DNA from: a virus
Taxonomy: Duplodnaviria > Heunggongvirae > Uroviricota > Caudoviricetes
Reading direction: 5' to 3' (one strand)
Length of the DNA stretch: 64,000 nucleotides
Virus record (IMG/VR): IMGVR_UViG_3300029474_000225
Coordinates: 35,109-99,108 of that record
The notes under the pieces were generated by a model. The model was not told the origin of the DNA. It did no database searches and saw nothing but the letters and a program-made list of their open reading frames with translations. The position numbers were made by a program, and so were the translations under genes. Shown here piece by piece: positions 1 through 8,726 of this stretch (position 1 is its first letter; each line of letters opens with the position of its first letter).

Positions 1-409
1 ATGTAAGCTGCTTTGTATCAGGATTGATTTCAACATATGTATTTTTTAATATCTCAAAATCCTGTTTGGTAATATCATATTCTTCTATAACATTTGCAAC
101 TTCATCCATTATAAGCGTATAATTTTGCGCTCTACATAAATCAATCAGTTCATTGTCGAATTTTTGAAATAGAGCATGGGTTGACACTATGTTATTACCA
201 TTGCCGATCAATCTCTTAAGATCTCTAAGTTTACTGCCCCTATCATCCTTTTCATCTTTTAAAAATGTAGGTGCTTTAAAATTCTTACCATTACAATACG
301 TCCTATATCTGGTTATTTCATCAAGGAAAGGTGTTATTACCAAAAATTTCTCATCTTCATCTGATTGATTAATATAATTCATTATTGACTGAGTTTTACC
401 AGCACCCAT
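1..409 (-). CDS. P-loop NTPase (helicase/Zot-like), 5' part of gene; continues beyond window start
   Basis: Reverse-strand ORF with no stop before the window edge. Walker A MGAGKTQS at the N-terminus and Walker B-like LIMDEV downstream. The start is uncertain: ATG at 409 or TTG at 424, and no canonical SD was found. Confidence 0.5.
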   Translation of the reverse strand, partial: MGAGKTQSIMNYINQSDEDEKFLVITPFLDEITRYRTYCNGKNFKAPTFLKDEKDDRGSKLRDLKRLIGNGNNIVSTHALFQKFDNELIDLCRAQNYTLIMDEVANVIEEYDITKQDFEILKNTYVEINPDTKQLT

Positions 410-578
410 AATGGCATCTACAATATTAACTTTACAATTAAATTCCAATATAAAATCTCCTTTCTAAATACTTGTATATAACTATATTCTCCACTTAACG
501 ACAAAAATCCCTCCAACTGCCGTTTGGCTTGGCATAAAATTTTAACACCATTTTCAAAAAATAAGTTCTTGGATTTTT

Positions 579-727
579 CCCTTATAAATTAAGGGTTTTT
601 GAAGTTTTTGCAAAAATATGCCAAATTTGCAAAAGTTCTAAAATTGAAAAAAAAGCCTTATAAATCAAGGGTTTTTAGGGCTATCCCTTATAAAAGATAT
701 AATAAAAGTTCTAAAATTAAAATTCTT
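579..727. repeat. Two tandem ~75 bp repeat units, each starting with hairpin CCCTTATAAATYAAGGG + T-run and ending with AAAGTTCTAAAATT
   Basis: Direct comparison of 579-653 with 654-727. A third partial copy, CCCTTATAAAAG, lies at 686-697. Confidence 0.6.
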
Positions 728-834
728 ATATTTGTGGACTGCGTAAGCAGGACACAAGGGCATGAGCTTCGTAAGAAGCGATTGACCAACAACGCCGTAG
801 GCAATGAAGTGTACATATATGATTATTCTCTTTT

Positions 835-1251
835 CTATTTTTTATTCTCATCCAAATTCACATAGCTGTCTTTCCAATAATCCTCTACAAAGAATACTGG
901 TAATTTATCATGATATCTTTCATATATTTCTTCGTCTGGTATTCCAACCCAATACGGTTTCCATTTTTGTCTTTCTTTTTGTAATTCTTCAATCTCAGTA
1001 TGATATTTTCCGTTTTGCAAATATCCTTTGATTTTTCCGCATACGGCACAGTAACTGCTCAATGATGTGTGAATTTTATCTTTTTCTTCTTGTGTAAATA
1101 CATTACTTTTAAAATTCCATCTGTATTGAATTAAACATTCTTCATATTGATGTTTATGCTTAGATTTCTTCTTTGCTTTGGATATATTACTTTCTTTATG
1201 TTTGAGGTACTTTGGTGTCTCTGAATTGATTATATTGTTTGTATTGTTCAT
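835..1251 (-). CDS. hypothetical protein (Cys/His-containing, possible HNH-like)
   Basis: 138-aa ORF in the track with an AAAGGAA SD 8 nt upstream of the ATG. It is co-directional with the partial ATPase gene. Confidence 0.55.
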   Translation of the reverse strand: MNNTNNIINSETPKYLKHKESNISKAKKKSKHKHQYEECLIQYRWNFKSNVFTQEEKDKIHTSLSSYCAVCGKIKGYLQNGKYHTEIEELQKERQKWKPYWVGIPDEEIYERYHDKLPVFFVEDYWKDSYVNLDENKK

Positions 1252-1685
1252 GATATAATTCCTTTCTTGATTGATAATATATTATTCTCTGTTGGGATTG
1301 CTATTTATTGGTTTATTTTATATATGTCTACCCTAGAGATGTTCTTTTCTTGCTAACGCTACGAAAAGACCGTCCCTATCAAGGGACTACATCTTGTGCT
1401 ACGCACATTATCTGATGTATAATTTGGCAATTATGTATAAAATAATGTTTTGTACTGAAAATAATTTTGGTAAAAATCTACAATGAGTAACTTAAGTAGA
1501 TGCATTTTTGACAGCGTAGAATAGCCCTAGAAATGTTTTTTATTGCTTTTATGATAACTTGTTGGGGTAAAAATTAAAAAGCCTTATTTCGGCTTTTAAA
1601 TACGTTAGAATGATATATAATATTTTTGAGGAATTATATTAGTGAGATTTTATTTTATGAAAACATTTATATTGAAACATACTTA

Positions 1686-1714
1686 TTGTAATTCTTTTTA
1701 TATAAGAGTACAAT
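1686..1714 (+). promoter_or_regulatory. putative sigma-A promoter TTGTAA-17-TACAAT for gene 1749
   Basis: Hexamer match and spacing read from the sequence. Confidence 0.3.
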
Positions 1715-1748
1715 TAAATCAAATATTTTATATAGGAGGTTTTTATTT

Positions 1749-2624
1749 ATGAAGAAATCAAAGAGATTAAAGAGGGTATTTAGTTTTGTGTTATGTGTTG
1801 TAATGACTATTACCATTATTCAATTAACACCACAAAATACCTATGCTACCAAGAAGGTTAAATTGAATTATACAAAAATTACTTTGTATGCTGGAGAAGT
1901 AAAAAATTTGAAAATATATGAAGGGAAAACGGAAATATATTCTGCTAGATGGTCTTCTTCTAATAAAAATGTTGTGAAAGTTACTAATTATGGACATATA
2001 GAAGCATTAAAACATGGTTCTGTTAAAATAATCGCCAAATATAATAATAAAAATTATGTTTGCAAGGTTACTGTTAAGGATGCTTTAAAAGATCATGTAA
2101 GTTATGAGTTGATTGATATTCCTGAAAACAAAGATTTTAATAGAAATAATACTAATGCTATTAAGATAATAAATAACAATGATATTACTGTTGAAGCTAG
2201 AATTAAATGTAAACGTTACGATAAAGACGGATTTTATATTGGAAGTGGTGAAATTAGAGGTGTTGTAAATTCTAACAGGTATATTATTATTCCAATATCA
2301 TATGATGAATATACAAGAATAAACTTAAGCAATGTTTATAGAGCCGATCCTATAGATATAGAATATAGCATATCTAATCCATATACTAATGGAAACTTTG
2401 AATATAGAGATATTATATTTAATAATAATTCAAATCGTAATCAATCAGCAGTGTGCTCTATATTGTATTACAATAGTGAAAATAAACCAATTTGTATAAA
2501 CACTTCTTATAGTATAAAAACAAATAAAATACCTGTAGGTGAAAAAATAAAAATATCTGATCGTTATTTATTGGATATGAAAGAAAAATATGATATCCAG
2601 AGAATTGAGATTTATTTATATTAG
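1749..2624 (+). CDS. secreted protein with bacterial Ig-like (Big_2) domain
   Basis: N-terminal signal peptide (KR-rich, then a hydrophobic stretch ending ...TYA). Big_2 signature LYAGEVKNL...WSSSNKNVVKV...GSVKIIAKY. Strong SD TAGGAGGT. Confidence 0.75.
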   Translation: MKKSKRLKRVFSFVLCVVMTITIIQLTPQNTYATKKVKLNYTKITLYAGEVKNLKIYEGKTEIYSARWSSSNKNVVKVTNYGHIEALKHGSVKIIAKYNNKNYVCKVTVKDALKDHVSYELIDIPENKDFNRNNTNAIKIINNNDITVEARIKCKRYDKDGFYIGSGEIRGVVNSNRYIIIPISYDEYTRINLSNVYRADPIDIEYSISNPYTNGNFEYRDIIFNNNSNRNQSAVCSILYYNSENKPICINTSYSIKTNKIPVGEKIKISDRYLLDMKEKYDIQRIEIYLY

Positions 2625-2651
2625 TTGTATATTGTTGAATATTTGTTTATT

Positions 2652-2682
2652 GGACTATGGCTTTGGCTATAGTCCTTTTTTA
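2652..2682 (+). terminator. rho-independent terminator (10-bp stem GGACTATGGC/GGCTATAGTCC + T6)
   Basis: Inverted repeat followed by TTTTTTATT, immediately after the stop of gene 1749-2624. Confidence 0.7.
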
Positions 2683-2714
2683 TTGCTGTTTTATATATGG
2701 ATATCTCTATTTAA

Positions 2715-3020
2715 AAGGTGATTTGTGTGAAGGTTTTAATACCCCCATATGTTGAGATTCTTGAGTGTGACTTTTGATGGAAAAATCGTTATCGGCAAAA
2801 GTGCTTATAAATAAGGATAATTTTGAAATTATGGGTGAATTTTTGATGAGATAGGAGTTTAATTTTTGAGGGTTGAAGTGGCTGAAATGCTTGATTTTAG
2901 TGGGATTTGACGATATGGGGTACGATAAGTGGTTTGAAGGGTGAAATTTTAGATTTTGCTTGATTTTGTTGGGATTTTGAATATTGGGAAGGGTTAGATT
3001 TTTGAGTTGGTGTGTGGATG
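2715..3020. repeat. GT-rich iteron-like array (degenerate GRKTTTTGA / GATTTTG repeats, >12 copies)
   Basis: Strong G+T bias on the + strand. Repeated motifs include GGGATTTGACGA, GGGATTTTGAAT, AGATTTTTGAG, AATTTTTGAGGG and GATTTTGTTGGG. No ORF of 60 aa or more on either strand. Confidence 0.5.
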
Positions 3021-3273
3021 AATCAGCTATAAGGTTTACTGTATTTCCAGCCCATCTAATTAGTTTTAACTACCCCGGGTTAGGCAAAAACAGTGGATAA
3101 TAGATATATATTGACCATTCTTTTTCTGATCCTTTGATCAAGTTTGATGTAGTTTTTAAAACTATATGAGATAGTATTGATATTATTATTTTGTATAGTT
3201 TAAAACTATGACATATCGTTTAACATAGCTTTTATTTATACAAAACAATTTATAACTTGATAACAAAAAAGCG

Positions 3274-3302
3274 TTGACAAAACACAAACAACATGATATA
3301 TT
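3274..3302 (+). promoter_or_regulatory. consensus-like sigma-A promoter P1 (TTGACA-17-TATATT)
   Basis: Perfect -35 hexamer, a 17-nt spacer and a good -10 hexamer. Confidence 0.55.
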
Positions 3303-3353
3303 ATAGTCACAACAAAACAACGACAACACGAACATACATTACAAAAGTTTTTG

Positions 3354-3382
3354 TTGACAATCACAACATGTTGTGATAACAT
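3354..3382 (+). promoter_or_regulatory. sigma-A promoter P2 (TTGACA-17-TAACAT) with perfect 16-bp palindromic operator TCACAACATGTTGTGA in spacer (3361-3376)
   Basis: Perfect -35 hexamer. The palindrome was checked by reverse complement. Confidence 0.55.
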
Positions 3383-3450
3383 ATAACCAAGTTAATAAGG
3401 AAGCAGCCACACTTTAAACTACTTTGTTAGCAATCCTTAAAAACAAGTTA

Positions 3451-3479
3451 TTGACAATCACAATAATATGTGATATAGT
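3451..3479 (+). promoter_or_regulatory. sigma-A promoter P3 (TTGACA-17-TATAGT) with operator-like TCACAATAATATGTGA in spacer
   Basis: Perfect -35 hexamer, 17-nt spacer, TATAGT -10 hexamer. The spacer carries the inverted repeat TCACA-N6-TGTGA. Confidence 0.55.
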
Positions 3480-4198
3480 AATTACAACAAATAAACAAGC
3501 ACCAACAAGAAAGAAGGTTGATTCACTGATACTGATTTAACAATTTAACATGAATTAAAGCAAGCACCCACTAGCAGAACGGCAATTCTAACTAGCAGGT
3601 TGCAAGCTAGGAAAGTTCCCAAAACAATTCTAGCACATCTGCTTTAATTCCACAAGAACAAAACAGTCTTATGCGTGTATAGGTTCATAAGATTTGACTG
3701 TTTATCATTCCTAGAGTGACAAGCAAAAGACTAAAAGCGTATAGGGTTGCTAAGGGTTTTAATCAAAACGTTTCCCTTATACAAAGCACCACCAAAAGTG
3801 GGAATATATTGTGGACAATAGACACAAAGTCCCGAAAAAATAGTGTAGCTGTCCCGGTTTATTACCTTGGACAACAAATTATAGCATTTATTTTTAGCTA
3901 TAAATACGTGAGAGAACACTCACAAGTGTATACGGTCAAAAAGCCTAGTTATTTTCTAGGAGTGACGTTAAAGCTGATTAGAAACGGCACGAACTTAAAA
4001 AACCGCGCTACAACAAAAAGCGTGATTGACTTAGGTTCATAATCATACTTACTAAGTCAATAAATACATAAGAGACAGACACAAGTACAAAGTGGCAGGT
4101 AGCAGGGTAACACCTGCTATTCTTGGTGTTGGGTAACTCCAACTCACATGACCGTTGTATCTCTGTGTTCTGTATAATTCAAGTTATACATAGTTAGA

Positions 4199-4232
4199 GG
4201 AGCAGATCAGCACTACCAGTCTGCTCTTTTAT
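4199..4232 (+). terminator. rho-independent terminator (GGAGCAGA...TCTGCTCT + TTTTAT)
   Basis: 7-8 bp GC-containing stem followed by a T-run. It lies about 750 nt downstream of P3 and before the SD of gene 4313. Confidence 0.55.
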
Positions 4233-4312
4233 AGTGTGCATAACACTATTACAACAAATACAATAAATCATATTATAGCACCTATGCGTTAAATAGGAGA
4301 AAGAGGTACTTT

Positions 4313-5128
4313 ATGAAAACATTATCAATCAATTTCTATGCAAAGAATATCACAGAAGAGTCTAAGTCTGAACTTATGACAGCAGTACAGCACGAGTCTT
4401 GCAACATGAATATTCAGTTACTCGATGATACAATCGCTAAACTTGAGAAGAAGATTGCTAATGAGAATAGCAACTATTCCGATGAAGAAGTACAAGCTTT
4501 CCAGGTACAGTTAGACTCTGCAAATGAATCACGGACTAAGTTTGTGGAGACACAGACAGACACATTAAAAGTATACAATAAAGTTATTTCTGTTATGTCA
4601 CAGAAAAATGCTGACCACTTTGGCAACTCTACTGATGTTGTAAGAACTGTACTTCGTGTACTTGGTTCATGGGATAACTCTAAGCTTGTAAAGTATGCGA
4701 TTATTCCTGCTTTTGAATCACCTGAACTTTATGAGGCATTACAGGCAATTCATATTAACTCCAAAGCAGGAGATGACGGAAATCTTGTAATGAGCAAAGA
4801 GGTAAAAGAAGCCTATAAGAAGGCAAGTACAGAACTTGAAACAATCATCAAGAAAACTTTCTCTCTGCCTTTTGAAACCCCGTACACGGACAAGACAAGA
4901 GTGAAGCTGACAGCAGAAGATAAGAAACTTTTAAATGATTGCTACATCAAGGGATTTTCTAACAAATTTGATGTAGACGATGAAAAGGGAACTGTATCAT
5001 TTAAAAAGCGTCAGATTAACACGCTTGTAAAGGCAAAAAAGAACCGTAAGACAGGTGAAATCACCTATGATTATAGCGGACTTGCAAGCACTATCAGCAA
5101 CATTGTAATTAAGCATTATTTCGCATAA
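4313..5128 (+). CDS. hypothetical protein
   Basis: 271-aa ORF with SD GGAGAAAGAGG 8 nt upstream. Confidence 0.65.
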   Translation: MKTLSINFYAKNITEESKSELMTAVQHESCNMNIQLLDDTIAKLEKKIANENSNYSDEEVQAFQVQLDSANESRTKFVETQTDTLKVYNKVISVMSQKNADHFGNSTDVVRTVLRVLGSWDNSKLVKYAIIPAFESPELYEALQAIHINSKAGDDGNLVMSKEVKEAYKKASTELETIIKKTFSLPFETPYTDKTRVKLTAEDKKLLNDCYIKGFSNKFDVDDEKGTVSFKKRQINTLVKAKKNRKTGEITYDYSGLASTISNIVIKHYFA

Positions 5129-5155
5129 TACAAAACAAAAATGTATAGTACGAAA

Positions 5156-5180
5156 GGCAGAATTTTGGTTCTGCCTTTTA
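5156..5180 (+). terminator. rho-independent terminator (GGCAGAA-N6-TTCTGCC + TTTT)
   Basis: Hairpin plus T-run immediately after the stop of gene 4313-5128. Confidence 0.65.
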
Positions 5181-5216
5181 ATAGTGTGCATTTTAATAAA
5201 AGGAGAGTGAACGCAA

Positions 5217-5612
5217 ATGAAAATGAAAATTAGACGAACACTTGGAAATGAACTTTACCACGGAAAACAATTTCCGATCAATACAATTGTTTTGCGTAGT
5301 GAAAACGGAGTAGAGATTTTCTGCGCTGATTTTAGAATGAGAAAAGGCAAAATTACTGTACTTATTCATATTCCAGGTAGAAAGAAATTTCTCAAAACTG
5401 AAATGCGTAATGAATATACAAAGGCAATGTATGACTATACGCAGCAATTCAAAGACGATTCAAAACGCTTGAATTATAAACAAATGATGTCACATGATCG
5501 TAAACGGAAATGCGGATCTGGTGGAGTACGTTTAGGTAAATTCTGTGGTCAAATCACAGACTATGAGTGTACAAAAAATCCTATGCATGATTTTAGAAGA
5601 GTTTATTGCTAA
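5217..5612 (+). CDS. hypothetical protein
   Basis: 131-aa ORF with SD AAAGGAGAG. Confidence 0.6.
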   Translation: MKMKIRRTLGNELYHGKQFPINTIVLRSENGVEIFCADFRMRKGKITVLIHIPGRKKFLKTEMRNEYTKAMYDYTQQFKDDSKRLNYKQMMSHDRKRKCGSGGVRLGKFCGQITDYECTKNPMHDFRRVYC

Positions 5613-5634
5613 TCACAATTCTTTGTGGTAGAAT
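5606..5634 (+). promoter_or_regulatory. promoter TTGCTA-17-TGgTAGAAT (extended -10) with operator-like TCACAATTCTTTGTGG (5613-5628) in spacer
   Basis: Hexamers and spacing read directly. The operator shares the TCACAA-N4-TTGTGR format with P2 and P3. Confidence 0.5.
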
Positions 5635-5665
5635 GGAGGTGTAACAACGGAAAGGAGAATAACAA

Positions 5666-5944
5666 ATGATTGTATATAAGAAATTAGATAAATTATTGCA
5701 AGATAAAAAAATGCAATGGAAAGATTTATGCGAAGCGGGTATATCTGTTAATATGCCTCAAAGATTTTCACAAAATAAAACAATGAATACTGATACTCTA
5801 AATAAAGTCTGCGAATATCTCCATGTCCAACCAAGCGAAATCATGGAATGGATACCAGATGCAGAATATAACAAGGCAAACGAAGAAAAACAAGCCATAG
5901 AAGCTCAAATAGCTGAACTCCAAGAAAAGCTAAAAACCATGTAA
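5666..5944 (+). CDS. XRE-family helix-turn-helix transcriptional regulator (Cro/CI-like)
   Basis: HTH_XRE signature QWKDLCEAGISVNMPQRFSQNKTMNTDTLNKVCEYLHVQPSEI. SD AAAGGAGAA. Confidence 0.75.
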   Translation: MIVYKKLDKLLQDKKMQWKDLCEAGISVNMPQRFSQNKTMNTDTLNKVCEYLHVQPSEIMEWIPDAEYNKANEEKQAIEAQIAELQEKLKTM

Positions 5945-5960
5945 AAAGGGAGGAACCACT

Positions 5961-6209
5961 ATGCCAACAATAGAAGAAATGCGTCAATCAATGGCACAAG
6001 CAGGAGTGTATTCAAAAGCAGATATAGATAAAATCTGCGAACTCGAAAAGCAGTACAGAGAGGAATGCAAAGAGATAGCCGATCAGTGTGAAGCTGAAGG
6101 TTATCCAGCAAACGGAAGTAATTATGAACTCCGTTGTTCAGAAGCTCGTAAGTATTATGACGAGCAGTTTGCAGATATAGACGCAAATTATAATTTTGAT
6201 GAAGAATAA
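5961..6209 (+). CDS. hypothetical protein
   Basis: 82-aa ORF with SD AAGGGAGGAA. Confidence 0.55.
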   Translation: MPTIEEMRQSMAQAGVYSKADIDKICELEKQYREECKEIADQCEAEGYPANGSNYELRCSEARKYYDEQFADIDANYNFDEE

Positions 6210-6232
6210 TTTGCAAAACACAGCACCAATCA

Positions 6233-6261
6233 AGCACCCAATTTCCGGGTGCTATTTTTAT
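6233..6261 (+). terminator. rho-independent terminator (AGCACCC-N7-GGGTGCT + T-run)
   Basis: GC-rich 7-bp stem followed by ATTTTTAT. Confidence 0.65.
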
Positions 6262-6292
6262 ACCCAAAAACAATCAGAAAAGGAGAATAAAT

Positions 6293-6790
6293 ATGAAAAA
6301 GAAATTATTATCACTCATTCTTACAACAGCAACAATCCTTACATCCTACACAGTAGGCACAATGCAACCAATGCAAACAGTCAATGCCTCAACTCCAAAG
6401 CAGATCAGTGTCACAAATGCAATTCCAATCTGTGACATTGCTGGTTATTTCTATGACAAATATGGATATCTCTGCTTTGAGCTTGGCGATACAACAAAGC
6501 AGTTCAATAAGGCAGATGGATATTCGTATTCAAAAATCTGTGAGAAACTTCCGCATCTTAAAGATTTAGATGAAAACAAAACATATCCTTTGACAGCGAA
6601 AGTAACAAAGGTAAACAAAAAGAAAAACGTTGTCACTGTACAGGATTATAGCGGAAACAAATGGAAATTTCGTGGCTGTGAAGACTATGAAAATGGAGAC
6701 GTAGTATCTATGCTCATAGATAGTAACGGAACAGAAAAGGTAACTGATGATATTATTTTACAGGTCAGATACAGCGGTGCAGAGTGGTAA
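6293..6790 (+). CDS. secreted hypothetical protein
   Basis: N-terminal signal peptide MKKKLLSLILTTATILTSYTV...VNAST. SD AAAAGGAGAA. Confidence 0.65.
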   Translation: MKKKLLSLILTTATILTSYTVGTMQPMQTVNASTPKQISVTNAIPICDIAGYFYDKYGYLCFELGDTTKQFNKADGYSYSKICEKLPHLKDLDENKTYPLTAKVTKVNKKKNVVTVQDYSGNKWKFRGCEDYENGDVVSMLIDSNGTEKVTDDIILQVRYSGAEW

Positions 6791-6814
6791 ATAATAAGAA
6801 AGGAAGTAAAAACA

Positions 6815-6988
6815 ATGTCAGAGAAAGCAAAACAAATTCATGCAACCTATTGTAATTATGAAGTAGCAAAGGCAAGCAAACCGTCACGGATCTATTCAGT
6901 CCGGACAGAAGTAAAACGAAACCATGGAATCAAAACCCATAATATGAGTAAAGCGATGTTAGCACAGACGTTAGCATCGCTTTTTTAG
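6815..6988 (+). CDS. small hypothetical protein (57 aa)
   Basis: Not in the track because it is under 60 aa. SD AAGGAAG lies 8 nt upstream of the ATG. Codons were checked line by line. Confidence 0.45.
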   Translation: MSEKAKQIHATYCNYEVAKASKPSRIYSVRTEVKRNHGIKTHNMSKAMLAQTLASLF

Positions 6989-7011
6989 TACAGAAGGAGG
7001 ATGAAAACCAA

Positions 7012-7188
7012 ATGATAATTATCATTAAGGATGGTTATGATGTTATTGATAATCGTCCAGAAGCAGAAATTGCACAGTCAGAGCGTGATTACTTTGAGGA
7101 GCGTTACAACAGAGAGTTGAAACGCAAACTCGAAGCAAACAAACATCCATTTGCAAAAAAGCTTTTAGCTGCATGTGGACTGTTATAG
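7012..7188 (+). CDS. small hypothetical protein (58 aa)
   Basis: SD AAGGAGG upstream, ATG at 7012, stop TAG at 7186-7188. Confidence 0.45.
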   Translation: MIIIIKDGYDVIDNRPEAEIAQSERDYFEERYNRELKRKLEANKHPFAKKLLAACGLL

Positions 7189-7205
7189 AAGGGAGAGTGA
7201 AAATC

Positions 7206-7364
7206 ATGGCAAGAACATTACGGGATAATCAGGCATCATGGGATGCATTATTCTATGCGATTATTACAGGATGCACAGCAAAAGATGCATTATTAGCTAT
7301 GGGAATTTGTCCAGATAGCGAAAATAGTTTGGCAAGGAGAACAGAAAGAGAGGCGAAAAAATAA
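7206..7364 (+). CDS. small hypothetical protein (52 aa)
   Basis: Internal ATG of track ORF 7173-7364, preceded by SD AAGGGAGAG. Confidence 0.45.
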   Translation: MARTLRDNQASWDALFYAIITGCTAKDALLAMGICPDSENSLARRTEREAKK

Positions 7365-7478
7365 ATGAAAGGATATGAAGTACCGGATGGTTATATGGGT
7401 TGGATCAATGGAAAATACCAGCTTTTTGAAAGCGAAAGCCAATATTACGAAACACTTTTAGAGAGAGAAGAGGTCTAA
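7365..7478 (+). CDS. small hypothetical protein (37 aa)
   Basis: The ATG directly abuts the upstream stop (TAAATG). The ORF bridges to the next gene, but the SD is weak. Confidence 0.3.
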   Translation: MKGYEVPDGYMGWINGKYQLFESESQYYETLLEREEV

Positions 7479-7616
7479 ATGGCAAAGGAAATTAAGGAAA
7501 CATTGTTCGTTTCACTATGTAAGCGATGTGGAGAACGCAGAACTTGTCGTGGAATTTGTATTGAAATGAATAATGCAATAATAAAGGCAAATGAATTAAA
7601 AGCGACTGCGAAATAA
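7479..7616 (+). CDS. small Cys-rich protein (45 aa; CKRCGERRTCRGIC)
   Basis: TAAATG stop/start overlap with the upstream small ORF. Four-Cys motif. Confidence 0.35.
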   Translation: MAKEIKETLFVSLCKRCGERRTCRGICIEMNNAIIKANELKATAK

Positions 7617-7672
7617 TGTGGTCGCTATTTTAATGCAAAAAATTATTTTAAGAAAGGTAAAAGGTGAATATT

Positions 7673-8608
7673 ATGTGTAAAATGTTTGAAGTTGTAACAG
7701 GAAAGAGATCAAAAGGAAGTGTAGACAAATTAGAAGGTCTTACAAAGATGTATACGGATATCAATGAAGAGATTGCGATTATTAAAATTCCTGTTGAGTT
7801 AATGGAAGTTGATTCACGGTATCAGACAGACGAGAGAACGGAAAGAGATCTTCAGTATCTTGTACGGAATTGGGATGAACGGAAACTTATGCCACTTATG
7901 GGCGTTCCGCATTGGGAAGAAGGTAAAGTATACATTGTAGATGGTTATGGTCGTTGGATTGCAAGTCAGATTGTAAACAAAAAGAAATACAAAGATTTGA
8001 AAGTACAGATGATCTTAAATGCACCAACTGATCCAGAAGAAAGACTTGAATTTGAGGCTGAAATGTACGCATTCCAGAATAGAGATGTAAAAGATTTAAC
8101 ACCTATTCAGAAGCATGGTGCAATGATGGTTTTACATGATCCATCAACAGAAACATTGGAGAATATGAGAAAGAAATATGGCTTTGAATATGTTGCAAAT
8201 AAGGGAAACAGAGAAGCTTCTGTTCTTGGTTCGTATACAGAGACATTGCGGTTATGCAAGTTAGACAACGGAAAAGCTGCTGAATATGTATTTGATATTT
8301 GTGCAGGAGCTGGATTTGATCGGAAACCAAACGGATATTCTACATATATTATGCGATCATTAAGAGATATTTATAAACTCTATGCGAATGACCGTGAAGC
8401 AACAAAAGAATTTTTAATTGAAGAACTTAGACAGATTACACCTGTTGGATTAAAGGCAAAGGCAACTGTAAAATATCCAATGCTTGATATGAAAACTGCT
8501 GTATCTCTTTACACAGAAGATATGGTTGTTAAAAATCTTGGACTTGAACAATCAAGGGAAGTTTCTGGAACTAGAGTTGTTCCAATTAAAAAGACAAAGA
8601 CGGCATAA
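7673..8608 (+). CDS. ParB-like nuclease domain (ParB N-terminal/Srx fold) protein
   Basis: ParBc signature IPVELMEVDSRYQ ... YIVDGYGRWIAS, matching the DGHHR-type motif. SD AGGTGA 5 nt upstream of the ATG. Confidence 0.65.
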   Translation: MCKMFEVVTGKRSKGSVDKLEGLTKMYTDINEEIAIIKIPVELMEVDSRYQTDERTERDLQYLVRNWDERKLMPLMGVPHWEEGKVYIVDGYGRWIASQIVNKKKYKDLKVQMILNAPTDPEERLEFEAEMYAFQNRDVKDLTPIQKHGAMMVLHDPSTETLENMRKKYGFEYVANKGNREASVLGSYTETLRLCKLDNGKAAEYVFDICAGAGFDRKPNGYSTYIMRSLRDIYKLYANDREATKEFLIEELRQITPVGLKAKATVKYPMLDMKTAVSLYTEDMVVKNLGLEQSREVSGTRVVPIKKTKTA

Positions 8609-8726
8609 AACAGAGAACAACATATTAGAAATTGAGGTGATGAAAATGAAACATCGGTAAAAGCGAAACTAAGCTGCGCTATTAGGCTATACGGGTACAT
8701 TATAATAAGGAAAGGACAGATGAATT

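Noticed and set aside
599-1031. Track ORFs 599-865 and 804-1031 on the + strand
   Set aside because: The first lies within the tandem hairpin repeats. The second is antisense to the better-supported minus-strand gene 835-1251, and neither has an SD.
3716-4042. Track ORF 3716-4042 (+), and the antisense ORF 3731-3919, inside the long leader downstream of the three promoters
   Set aside because: No SD is present. The composition is C/A-rich and unlike neighbouring genes, and the reading frame is not conserved-looking. I treat the region as non-coding RNA or leader.
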